Shown here piece by piece: positions 12,730 to 24,764 of a DNA stretch of 64,000 nt. The notes below the pieces were generated by a model. The model was given only the letters and a program-made list of their open reading frames with translations. It was not told the DNA's origin and did no database searches. Source of the stretch: Vicugna vicugna (Eukaryota); assembly GCA_013265495.1 (NCBI GenBank), contig MU058444.1, positions 2,542,001-2,606,000 of the forward strand, given 5' to 3'. How positions within the stretch are numbered: position 1 is the stretch's first letter; the number at the start of each line of letters is the position of its first letter. Made by a program: the position numbers and the translations under genes.

Positions 12730-14280
12730 CTTAATTATTTTTAAAGTTATTTGTTTTTGAGATACAGTGGTGATTTATTGAAGTGTGCCAATCTTAACCT
12801 TGATGATTTTGAAGACTGGAGACATCGGTTAACCCACACTTTTGTCATCCTGTGTTACCTCTCCATGGAAAGTCCCACTGTGTCCCTTCTCAGTCACCTC
12901 CCAGTCTCTCACCACGGACGGTCTGTATTCTGACACTTCTTCCCCCTTACCTTGGTGTTACCTCCTCTAGAACTTGATGTAAATGGAATCATGTACAGTG
13001 TGCGCTCTCGTGTTTGTCATGGTATCTGTAGGATTCATCCATATTGTTTAATACATTGTTCCCTTTTATTTGTGAGTAGTATTCCATTGTATGAATATAG
13101 CACAATTTGTTTGTTCATGCTCATGTTGCTGGGCATTTGGATTATTTAGTTTTTAGCTACTGTGCAGAAAGCTGCGGTGTGCATTTTGTACAAGTCTTTT
13201 TATAGACATGTCTTTCCACTTCTCTTGGATGAATATCTAAGAATGAAATTGCTGAATCAAAGAGTAGGTGTGTATGTAATCTTACAACTAGAAACTACTT
13301 TTCCCAGAGTGTCTGTGCCAGCGTATGTTCCCCTCAGCAAGGTGTGAGAGTTCCACTTCCTCCTCATCCTTGCCCAGGTTTGCTGTTGCTAGTCTTTTTC
13401 ATTTTAGTTATTCTCTTGAGTGTCCCATTGTGGCTTTAATCTGGATTTCCCTGATGAACAGTGACGTCAGACACTTCTTCATGTGCTTGTAGGACATTCA
13501 CTGATCTTTATGAAATGTCTGTTTAAGTCTTTTGCTGATTTTAAGAATTGGATTATTTGTCTTTTTAATAGTGAGTTGGGGTTCTTGATATATTCTAGAT
13601 ATAAATCTTTTGTCAAATGTTTGAATATATTCTCTCCCAGTCTCGACTTGCGTATTTATATTGTTAATTATGTTAGAAGCGTTTAATCTCATTAAGTGTA
13701 ATTGATTGATTGTTCTTTTAGTTTTATAGTTATGCTTTCTCTATGCAGTATGAGAAACCTTTGATTATTCTTACTTCAGGAATATATTTTGTTTCTTCAT
13801 TTTTAAAAAATGCAGGCTTAAAAAAACTTTTTTAGCTTCTTTATTTATTTCTATAATTGATCTCAAAAATTTTTAATAGATTTTGAAAACAGCCAGCATT
13901 TGATTTTACTGGTGCTTCTATGTTGTTTGCCCATTTTTTAGTTTGTTGAGTTCTACTCTTTAAACTTTGAGTTTAATTTGCTTATATTTTTCTAGCTTCT
14001 TAGATAAACATGTAAAGTTACAGGTTTCTCTCTAAGCATTGCTTTACCTGCATCCCTCAGATTTTGATAAGTTGTTTTCTTTTTTACTCAGTGAAAATAT
14101 TTTACCTTTTACCTTTTGGTTTCTTTTTTGACCCATAGATTTATTAGAAATGTGTTGTTTAACTTCTAAAAATTTAGGGATTTAATTTCCTAATATTTAG
14201 GGGGGGTTATTATTATTTCTTATTTCCAATTTAATTCCACTATAATTAGAAAGCATACTTTGTATAATTTCCCACTTTTG
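12730..14280 (-). mobile_element. Old L1 (L1M-type) fragments
   Basis: gtagtattccattgtatgaatatagcacaatttg...; antisense ORF 13498..13692 has the L1 ORF2 remnant FISRIYQE..KKTNNPI..KRLKQTFHKD. Confidence 0.75.
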
Positions 14281-14864
14281 GTAGCAGATCTGTTCTCTCT
14301 GAGGTTTGGTAGCAAAGGGAAGACAGTTGAAGCACAGTTGTTCCATTTTCTTTTCTTCTAGAGAAGTTGACTTATTTTGCGTAAAATTTTGGAATAGTGT
14401 GTGGTCTTAATTGAGCCTGGTTCATTAGTATGAAAGCAACCACGGGCATGGCATTTCCTAACGTAAAATTAATCTGTTCTTAAAGAATAAGCACCAGGCT
14501 GTTGAGACTCTTCCTGTAGTGGTCCTCGGTACTGCTTAATTACCACAGAGAAGTTAATTATTTGCTTGTCTCATAAGGTCCCTTTCAGTGCCTTTGGTAT
14601 TGTTTTTAGTTCTCTAAAGTTTCTCTATTTTTTTTCTTTTTTACTCTTTTAGGTCTAGTTTTATCCTTTGATATGTGGATTGGAAACATACAAACTGTAG
14701 GTTATGTTCGGGTATTTGAGTTGATGGAATATTATATAATCTGCATCTTTATTGAAAAACATTTTTAGTGCTTATATATATACATAGTTTATAACTCCTG
14801 TAATACAAAGCAGAGATACAGTATTCAGAAAACGCTTACGAGTGTGTTTTTTTGCCCCATTTAG

Positions 14865-16471
14865 AGTTCGTTGTCGAAATGCTGGTCCTGTAGCTGTGGC
14901 TGAGAAGAGCATTGCTCAGGTGGCAGAGAAATTCATACTACGAGGCTATTGTCCACATTGCAACCATGCCTTTGTGGACGAAACCAGCACCCGGAATCAC
15001 AAGCAGAATTCAGGACACACAGTCCGAGTCATCACCTCGATGGAAGAGTCAGTCCTGCTTTACTGCCACAGCAGCGAAGGGAGCAGACCTCAGTCAGACT
15101 TAAACCTGTTGCAAGATCCATCCAAGTTTTCATCACTTAAAAGAACAATGTCAGTTCAAAACTCTAGCTCACAAGATTGCAGCACCATTCCAAAAAAGAA
15201 GATGAATTTAGGAGGTAAAAGCCATGAAGGTGTGGTTTCTGTTCAGCGGGCAAAGCCAGCTGTTAAGGCCTGGTTTTGTGAATGCCATCAACGGTTCCCA
15301 AGTGAGGATGCAGTAGAAAAGCACGTGTTCTCAGCAAACACCATGTGTTACAAGTGTGTGGTCTGTGGGAAGGTGTGTGAAGATTCAGGAGTTATCCGTT
15401 TACATATGAGCCGCATCCATGGAGGGGCACATTTAAATAATTTTCTTTTCTGGTGTCGGACATGCAAAAAGGAGTTAAGGAGGAAAGAGGCGATAATGGC
15501 ACATGTGACCGAGTTTCATAACGGACACAGGTACTTCTATGAGACGGATGAGGAGGAAGGGGAGACTCTGCCACCGTCCTCCGCAGCGGCGGTGAGCGGT
15601 TTGACTGCAGAGAGTCCTTCATCTGTCACCATTGCGGATCACTCCCGGGCAAGCAGCCCCCCAAGGGGTAAGTGGCAGTGCCGGATCTGTGAAGATATGT
15701 TCGAGTCCCAGGACGCTGCGAGGCAGCACTGCATGTCTTTGGCAAGTCACCAGTTTCACAGGTACAGCTGTGCCCACTGCAAGAAGACGTTCCACAAGAG
15801 GGAGACGCTGTACCGGCACTGCCAGGACGAGCACGACAGCGAGGTGCAGAGCCGCTCTTTCTGCGGGCTCTGCGACCTGACCTTTGACGCGGAGGAAGCT
15901 TTTCTGAGTCATTACAAGGAGCGGCACAGCACAGATTATGTGTTTGTGTCGGAGAAAACGGCCGTGTCGATTAAAACCGAGAGCGACTTCCCGGTGGCGG
16001 AGACCAGCGGCCTGCTGACCTGCGGCTGCCGTGAGAGCTACATCTGCAAAGTGAACAGGAAGGAGGACTACGGCCGGTGCCTCCAGGCCATGCTGGACAA
16101 AGGCCGGCTGTGGTTTCGCTGCGGCCTGTGTTCGGCGACGGCGCAGAACGTGGCCGACCTGAACGTGCACGTGCAGCAGGCGCACGGCGGGGAGCGGGGC
16201 GCCGAGGCGGGGGGCCCGTGGTTCACGATCAAGTGCGGCACGTGCACCAAGGCCTTCCAGGACCCGGAGAGCGCGCAGCAGCACTTCCACAGGAAGCACT
16301 GCTTCCTCCAGAAGCCCAGCCTGGCGCACTTCGGCTCGGAGAAGGCAAGCCCGTACACGTTTGCCGCCGGTGCCTCGCGTCCAGAGAGAAAACCCAAGCC
16401 GGCGGTGAGCCACCCAAAGAATTCAGACCCGGAGCCGGGAGCCGAGAGTGAGCGAGGCGGCCAGAGTGTAG
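14865..16471 (+). CDS. ZNF451: ZNF451 large coding exon 10 (multiple C2H2 zinc fingers, IKTE SUMO consensus at 15970-15981)
   Basis: Lies within ORF 14842..16551; tttag| acceptor, |gtacgg donor; 1607 nt, phase 2 to 1; VRCRNAGPVAVAEKS...CVVCGKVCEDSGVIRLHMSRIH...CGTCTKAFQDPESAQQHFHRKH. Confidence 0.97.
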
Positions 16472-18275
16472 GTACGGCCTCACAGCCCTGCCGCCGTCTG
16501 CGCGGGTCCCCCTCCCTTCCCGGGAGGCAGCCGTTGCGCTGTGAAAGCTGACTGGGAGACCCCGCAGGGTGACAGCCAGCCAGTTACTGCCGCGTGGCCT
16601 CCCGAGGGGGCTGTGTTCCTGCCGCTTCGTTCAGCCGCTCTCAACTTAAGGGGACAAAATTTATGTTGGCTTCAAATAATAGGGGTTTCAGACAACATTT
16701 TCTTTTCTTTTCCAAACGGCACGGGGATTTTGCAAGAGAAGGGAAGCAGACGTCTTTCTCAAAGTCAGACTTGAAAGTTATTCTGCACATCACTGCCATT
16801 TAGATTCAGGTCCACTGAAAAGATAAGTCAGGTGAATTCTCTTAGTTTCTGTTTTGGCCTTATTCTGTAAGTATGAGAAAGAGCATTTGGGAACTTGTAC
16901 CTCTTTGTCAGGGGTTTTTTGGAAGCAAAGCTTTTACTTACAGTTGAAATAACAATTAGAGAAATAGAGCCGTAAGTGGCAGTGGGAAACCAGGGAGAAA
17001 GCTGAGATCCGGGTGCCCTTGTGTGTGCCACTCTAGACGCTCCTTCCTCCATATGAGCAGATTAAGGAAGTCCAGAGGAACACTGTTTTTATTTTGCTCA
17101 TAAGTGTAATTGTTTTCCCTAGAGTATAATTTTAAGTACAACTTTTAGATAGTTATTAACTCATCGTACGTTACATGGTGTAGAGTGGGACATGAGGACA
17201 TATGAAAGTTTTGGCTAATAAAGCATTTTTATGAACGACTGAATTTTTATAGACCTGCTCTTTAGCATACGCAGAGCTCAGCATTAACTTGAGTCGCAGC
17301 ATGTTTTATGTAAGAAATTAAATGATATGCTGTGGACCCATTCAGCTCTACTTGAGACAGTGAAGCTGTGTTCACACTGTTTTATGTTCTGTGGTTTTTC
17401 TTTTGCTCATTAGACGACTTTTGGGAATTTGTGTTGGTCTCTGGTGGGTTGAAGGTCATTTAGTATCTAAAGCTACAACTGCTGAGTATTTTAAGAAGAG
17501 GTATAAGGAGGTGGCTGGTTGGAAATGGGAGGAGAGTATGGCAGTGGTATATTTGAGAAGGTCTCTATTAGATGGACAAGGAACTATTTATTTTTAAAAC
17601 AATTAAAAATTTTAAGATTTGCATTGCTACCTCTAAAAACTGTAAGACCTCGTCCAGGTGGAGAGATGTGAAAGACGGGACAAGAAGGAGAAAGAGAGCT
17701 GGAGGACAGCGGCAGGTGAAGGACTGGAGAGCCAAGAAAGTATGTCCGTGTGGGGTGGTGTCCACGTGCCCCCCGGTTACCTGTTATGCATTGCTTGATG
17801 GTAGCAGGCTGGCGGGTTGTCTCATTTCTGCTCTTCAGGTGTCTGATCACAGAGCCGGAGGGCCACTAATGAAATCAGTCTAGGTTAGGAAAAACGCACA
17901 AGCCTGGTGCAGAGAAAAGTTCTTAGCAAGTAACCTTGAAATTCTATTTTGATGGATGGTGCAAGTTTTTTACGTAGCCTTAAAACTTGGTCTTCTGTAT
18001 CGTCCAGTACACTAATTTAAAAAAAAATTCCTTTCAAAAGTGACTTTTAAAGAAAGTCTGAGGATCAATGGCACATATCTGTAGAAAGGATAATCATTTC
18101 TGAAATAGTCAAATATTTTTTATCCGATGTAAATATACTGTGTTATGTACAGGTTTGGGTTTCATGAAATGGTTTAGATAGAAATAAATAACGTGCAAGA
18201 TTAATACACAGTTGACAAAGTAAAATGTTTTAGCCAGTTCTTATCACATACATATTCATGTTTGTTTCTACCCAG

Positions 18276-18416
18276 ACGAAGACATTGAGCTTCCAGATTT
18301 GGATTACCTGCGGACCATGACGCACATAGTCTTTGTAGACTTCGATAACTGGTCAAACTTTTTTGGTCATCTACCAGGGCATCTGAACCAAGGAACATTT
18401 ATCTGGGGCTTTCAAG
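18276..18416 (+). CDS. ZNF451: ZNF451 coding exon 11 (start of PIN-like domain)
   Basis: cccag| ... |gtatgg; DEDIELPDLDYLRTMTHIVFVDFDNWSNFFGHLPGHLNQGTFIWGFQ; 141 nt, phase 1 to 1. Confidence 0.95.
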
Positions 18417-19001
18417 GTATGGTTAACAATGAAAACATTTGAGACAACCTCCCCCTTTATTCCCTCTCCCCTTAGAATATGGTTTGTTTTAAAAGGACTC
18501 CTCTTGAACCTTCCTGAACAGAGCATGGGAATATAATTGGAATTTTGTCACGTTGCATTATAGTTACTCTGCTACAGTGTCTTCTCTTTACATTTCTCTG
18601 CAGTAAATGTTGGCTCTATTTGGTGACCCACAGTTTGTGGATTGTTAGATACTGATTGAAAGAGCATTTATTCAGTACCTACAATACACCAGCTGCTGTG
18701 CTTGGTCCTAATGCAAGCTTACTAATTATTATAATTTCCCCCCTTTTAAAATAAAAGGAAGTAGGCTGAGAAGTTTATTTTTTCCCAAGTACAAAAATAA
18801 TAAATAGTAGAGTTAGCTTTTGAACTTGGGCCTTGTGACTACAGGACTAGTGTTATTTTTAACGTAACTGCCTCTTCGGTTCATTCTTACTGTTCGTAAA
18901 TGTGCATCTTCATATAAATCTCTTTGCAAACCATTGACCAAACCTGGGAGAAAGACAACTTCTTGATTAACAGAAGTTTAGTATAATGAGCATCTGACAT
19001 G

Positions 19002-21289
19002 GAGGCATACCTCGGCGATATGCGGGTCCAGACCACTGCAGTAAAGCAAGTCACGTGAAATTTTTGTGTTCCCACTGCATATAAAAATTATGTTTATACT
19101 CTATTGTAGTCTGTTGAGTGGGCAACAGTATTATCTCTAAAAAAACAACATCTTAATGAAAAAACACCTTATTGCTAAAAAGTGCTAGCCATCACCCAAG
19201 GTTTCAGCTGGTTGTAATCTTTTTGCTGGTGAGGGGTCCTGCCTCCATGTTGTTGGTGGCTGCTGACTGGTCAGGGCGGTGGTTGCTGAGGTTGGGGTGG
19301 CTGTGGCAATTTCTTAAAATAAGACAACAATGAAGCTTGCTGAATCAGTTGTTCCTTTCACAAATGAGCTCTCTGTAGCATGCAATGCTGTTTGATAGCA
19401 TTTTACCCACAGGAGAGCTGCTTCCAAAACTGAGCGTCAATCTACTTAAACTCTGCCACTGCTTTACCAACTACGTATATGTGATTTTCTAAATCTTTTG
19501 TTGACATTCAACAGTCTAAACAGCATCTTCACCAGGAGTAGATTCCGTCTCAAGAAGCAACTTTCTTTTCTCATCCATAAGAAGCAGCTCCTCATCCATT
19601 ACAGTTTTATCACGAGATTTCAGCATCTCAGTCACATCTGCAGGTTCCATTTCTAATTCTGATCCTCTCAGTTTCCACTACTTTCTCCACTGAAGTCTTA
19701 AACTCCTTCAAGTCATTTATGAAGGTTGGAATCAACTTCTTCCAAATTCCTGTTGATGTTGTTTTGACCTCATCCCATCTTCTCAGTCATGAATATCCTT
19801 AATGACATCCAGAATGGTGAAGCCTTTCCAAAGGTTTTCAATCAGAGGAATCACTGTCTGTGGCAGCTGTAGCCTTATGAAACGTATTTCTTAACTAAAA
19901 AGACTTCAAAGTCAAAAGTACTCCTTGATCTATCAGCTGCAGAATGAATGTTGCATTAGCAGGCATGACAACATGAATCTCACTGCACATCCGCATCAGA
20001 GCTCTTAGGTGATCAGTACATTGTCAATGAGCCATAATATCTTGAAAGGATTCTTTTATTCTGAGCAGTAGATCTCAAAAGTGGGCTTAAAATATTCAGT
20101 AAACCATGTTATAAACATGTGCTGTCATCCAGGCTTTGTTGTTCCATGTATAGAGAACAGAGTCAATTTAGCTTAATTCTTGAGGGCCCTAGGATTTTCA
20201 GAATGGTAAATAAACATTGGCTTCAAATTAAAGTCACCAGCTGCATTAGCCCCTAATAACAGAGTCAGCCTGTGCTTTGAAGCTTTGAAGCCAGGAATTA
20301 CTTCTCCTCTCTAGCTATGAAAGTCCTAGATGGCATCTTCTTTCCATAGAAGGCTGACACTGTTGTTTAGTGGAGCTACCTTCATGAGTGATCTGAGCTA
20401 GATCTTCTGGACAACTTGTTGCGGCTCCTCCATCAGCACCTGCTGCTCCGCCTTGCACTGTATGTGGTGGAGGCGGCTTCTTTCCTTAAACCTCATGAAC
20501 CAGCCTCTGCTGGCTTCAGACTTTCCTTCTGCAGCTTCCTCACCTCTCAGCCTTCACCGAATTGAAGGGAGTTAGGGCCTTGCTGTGGGTGGGGCCTTGG
20601 TGTAAGGGAATGTGCGGCTGGCTTGATGTATCCAGATGCTAAAACTTTCTCTAATCAGCAGTAAGGTTGTTTCGCTTTCTTATCGTTTGTTTGTTCACTG
20701 GAGCAGCGTCTGCATTTCCCACACAGGCTTTTCCTTTGTATTTACAACTTGGCTGACTGTTCGGTGCAGGAGGCCTAGCTTTCTGCCTGTCTTCCTCACT
20801 AAGCTTAATCATTGCTAGCTTTTGATTTAAAGTGAGAAAAGTCTGACTCTTTCTTTCACTTGAACACTGAGAAGCCATTGTAGGGTTATTAGTTGGCCTA
20901 ATTTCAATATTTTTGTGTTCCTGGGAATAGGGAGGCCAGAGGGGAGAGACAGAGAGACGGGAGAGGCCAGTCAGCGGAGCAGTCAGAACATACATTTATC
21001 GATCAAGTTTGCCATCTTGTGTGGGCACGATTCATGGTGCCCCAAACAATTACAGTTAGTAACATCAAAGATCACTGACCACAGAGCATCATAACACATA
21101 CAATAATGATGAAAAAGCTTGAAATATTGTGACTGTTACCAAAATATGACACACAGTGAGCAAATGCTGTTGGGAAAATGATGCTAGTAAACTTGCTTGA
21201 TGCAAGGTTGCCATAAACGTTGAATCTGTAAGAAACACAATGTCTGCAAAGCACAGTAAAGCAAAGCGCAGTGAAACATGGTGTGCCTG
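19002..21289 (-). mobile_element. Near full-length Tigger1 (TcMar-Tigger) DNA transposon, decayed transposase
   Basis: Ends gaggcatacctcgg / gtgtgcctg resemble the Tigger1 TIR; minus-strand remnant MASQCSSERKSQTFLTLNQKLAMIKLSEE matches the Tigger1/TIGD1 N-terminus; frameshifted downstream. Confidence 0.92.
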
Positions 21290-21805
21290 TCACGTTTGAT
21301 AGGAAACAGCGTATAAAGAGGAGGATTAGTTCCTGAGGTGCTCAGTGTAAAAAATATGATAAAAAATAAACATGTTAAAATACAGAGGAGGGTTAGGACT
21401 TAAGGTGGAAACGTGCTGACCTGGATGAGGAGGCCAGTGCAGCCCTTCGGTAAGTCCTGCTTTCCTGACTGCCCATCGTCGTACCCCCTGAGCAGCCTTG
21501 ACATGCTTGACTTGAAAACCGCTGAGCCAGCATTCATGCAGAATGATACCGTTCCGGGCATTTTCACGCGCAGCACTTCTGATTCCGTGAGATTTCAGGT
21601 TAATGGGCAGACTGGGGAAGTTGGCGACAGGATGGTGACACCTGGCCTGGAACTGCCTTGTTCTGCTCGAGTCTGGGACTTTTGCCTCTAGAAGCATTTT
21701 TTTCTAGTGTTTGTTTTTCCTTAGAGAATTTTTGGTTGTATCTAGGTGTTCTGTTCTTTTTCTCCCCTGTTTGACTCTCACTTATGCCTTTTCTAAAAAT
21801 AATAG

Positions 21806-21936
21806 GAGGAAACACCAACTGGAAGCCTCCAGTCAACTGTAAGATCTATAATTACCTGAATAGGATCGGCTGCTTCTTCCTCCATCCTCGCTGTAGTAAG
21901 AGGAAAGACGCTGCGGACTTTGCCATATGTATGCAC
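21806..21936 (+). CDS. ZNF451: ZNF451 coding exon 12
   Basis: aatag| ... |gtgagt; GGNTNWKPPVNCKIYNYLNRIGCFFLHPRCSKRKDAADFAICMH; 131 nt, phase 1 to 0. Confidence 0.95.
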
Positions 21937-22819
21937 GTGAGTCATTGCTTTATTCAGAGGCTAACGTGGCTTTGGGACCGACCCACTGGGATTTTCTCCT
22001 GCTTGAATCATAGCACTGTAGGTTCCTTTTCTGTGCTGTATTTTTGTACAAAACCTTTTGTGTCAGGTTCTACTTACGACTCTTGAGGGGGCAGGATCCC
22101 AGATCATGTATGCACTGCTTCACCCCAGTTCCCAGCAGACTCCCTGCTGCATGTAGTAGGCCCTCAGCTGCGTGTGGAATAAATGACCCAGAGACGGCGC
22201 TGTGCTGCTGCGTGCTAAGGCGTTCGCATTTTAACACCTCTGAGACCTGGGGGCACCCTCACAGTTGGCCCAGGTGGGATTTGCATTTGCTTTTGTCTCT
22301 GCCAGCCACCTGAGACCTGGTTTAAGTGAAAGTCTCTGCATAGGGGTCTGTGTGTGACACAGTTAATATGAGTTTACTCTGCAGACCTATTGGCTACTGC
22401 TTATGTTTTAAACCACAAGGTGATTCCTTTTTCCGCCCAGCCAGTGCTGAGCCTGAGTCACGCAGATCCCTTTGCTTACTTTTCTCTGCGGCAGGTCTGT
22501 TTCTCATTTACCCTTAGATTGCGTGTGTAGCCCTTTCAGTATTCCACCTTTATAGGGGCCTCCTATTAGATTCTGCCTTTTTTTTCTTTCTTTCTTAGTG
22601 GCACATAAAATAGCTTATTTTATAATTGGCGGCATTTTATATTTGATTAAATGTGGTATGTTTCGTTTATGCATGAGGTTTCTATATTGTACTTTAGTGG
22701 GAGCTAGGGAGCAAACTAAATACACCTTTCTAGCTGTGTGTTCATTCTGACGTAGATGTAACGTGACTGGAAACTCAAATGCTGATTTTGATCAACATGT
22801 GCCATTTGTTCCAACTTAG

Positions 22820-23006
22820 GCTGGCCGTCTAGATGAGCAGCTACCCAAGCAGATTCCTTTCACCATCCTCTCAGGAGATCAAGGCTTTCTGGAGCTAGAG
22901 AATCAATTTAAGAAGACTCAGAGGCCAGCACATATACTCAACCCTCACCACTTAGAGGGAGATATGATGTGCGCCTTGTTAAATAGCATATCTGACACCA
23001 CCAAAG
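22820..23006 (+). CDS. ZNF451: ZNF451 coding exon 13
   Basis: cttag| ... |gtacgc; AGRLDEQLPKQIPFTILSGDQGFLELENQFKKTQRPAHILNPHHLEGDMMCALLNSISDTTK; 187 nt, phase 0 to 1. Confidence 0.95.
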
Positions 23007-24499
23007 GTACGCAGCCGCAGCCACAGTGCAAGCCGCCCAAGAGGAGGAGGCTCCACTGCTGAGCAAAGCCAATAAACTGCTGTTCCCCCGCCCTGCTGCC
23101 TGCTCACTGAACCGCCGCGCGCGCACTGCTGCCGTCTTCTCGTCTTCCCTCACTTCCATTTTCAGTCTGTTAGGAGAAGAATGAATTCATGATTTTCTGG
23201 AGCCTTTTTTTAATCTAATGGATAAAATTCATATTCTTGTATATAAAACACACATTATGGTTTGAAATATGTTAGTACAGTTTTGCAGAGCTCAGAATCC
23301 AGATCTTCATTTTGTTTCTAAAATTCCAAATTTATCTTCAGTTTTTCAGAAAGCAAAGTGCTTCTAGGAGAAACCAGAAAGCAGTAAGCGATAACGTGGC
23401 AATACCAAAAAAAAAACCCAAAAAAACCCCAAAAAACAAACCCAGTTAAGAGGTTGACAGTGACAAAATGAAGCCCCGAGAGGTCTTTATTCCCTTGAAG
23501 AGTTGGGCACCCCCTGGCCTGTTCCTGGGACTTCCGCTCTCTTCTCGGCCTTGCTGAGATGGTTCAGTGAAAGGACGCGCTGATGTCCATTCTCACTAAC
23601 CAATATTTAAGAAAGGATGTGACTCCAGGCATTCAGATGGGGTTTTCCTTTTTCTTTTTTTTCATAATTTCTGAAATAAATATGGATAGAAGAGAATAAA
23701 AGTAATTTTTAAATATCCTAATATTTAAAGCTGTGAATAGGATTTGAAGGTATTGGTGAAGGACCTCAATGGGAAAACTGACTGCTCTTTGGAATTCTTA
23801 CTATATGCCTTTAAGTTTTTCAGGTCTGCTCTCCTAGCTGTTTTTTTTTTTCCCCCACTGTATTCAGAGCCACATTGTGATTGAAGATCCATTCTGAAGA
23901 ATGTTGCTCTGATCACTCATAATGATGGGTCGGTTCACTTCTGCAGAGTTAGGACTCACTAAGCTACCAGCACTGCTGTGCTCTTTACAGGAAGCATTTT
24001 TTTTTTGCGTATTTGTTATGCTTTAGTACTGAATTTTACCTTCGTATTCTGTAATTTTTGTTTTCATTCAGTTGCTTTTTCTATCCTTGGCTTTTTCAAC
24101 CTCTTTTTCTTCCTCACTTTTATATCAAATTAATATCTTGTAAAATATTTAAAATTTTTACCTTTGCCACCAAGGCCAACCCCCTTTTCTTCTCCTGTGA
24201 CACTGCTTTGGGGAGCGTGACTTAGGTCATTTAGAACATGAAGCCTGTTACGGGTAATGCCTTTTTCTCAACTTTATTTGGAATGAGAGCTGCCTATGAG
24301 TAGGTCTGTGGGTACATTAGGGTTGGAGGTAGGACACAGGTTATTGTTGTAAACTGATCTTTTCTGAATGGCACCTATGTTCTAGGCTTTTTTTTTTTTT
24401 TATTTTAATTCATTCATTTGTAGTCAGTGCTTATTTGAACTTAATGCTTTTTAGGGGCACCTGTGCACTTTATTCTGAGTTTTTGTGAAATGCAGGGAT

Positions 24500-24700
24500 C
24501 ACGCGGTGCAGAAGGAAGGGCGTGGGCTTTGGTTCGCATGCTAACTCTGCTTCCTAGCTGTGTGGTTTCAGGTGAGTTGCTCAACTGTTTCTGAGCCTCA
24601 CTTTTCCTGTCTGTAAGGTCAGAAGAGTTAGGTGTTACGTGTAGTGTCTGGCAGGGCGTGGGAAAGCCCTGCAGGTGCTCAGTAAGCAGCTGCTGTTCAT
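24500..24700 (+). mobile_element. MIR SINE
   Basis: tagctgtgtggtttcaggtgagttgctcaac...tctgagcctcacttttcctgtctgtaag. Confidence 0.65.
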
Positions 24701-24764
24701 CATTATTGTCGTGAAAAGGAAGTATGGTTCCCAGCCACTGTATCTGCTTCTTTAGGTTTTCTTT

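Noticed and set aside
15619..16413. 264-aa antisense ORF (and other overlapping ORFs) on ZNF451 exon 10
   Set aside because: Codon-register shadow of a GC3-rich coding exon (few antisense stops); no domain signal
17839..17883. Possible cryptic exon in ZNF451 intron 10 (ctcttcag| ... |gttagg)
   Set aside because: Weak donor, immediate stop and no other support; such motif pairs are common by chance
20651..20995. TIGD1-like ORF as a possible domesticated transposase
   Set aside because: Similarity breaks by frameshift after about 30 codons; part of a decayed Tigger1
21801..21808. NAGNAG tandem acceptors (TAGGAG at exon 12; GAGCAG at exon 7)
   Set aside because: The alternative site is GAG in both cases, which is rarely used
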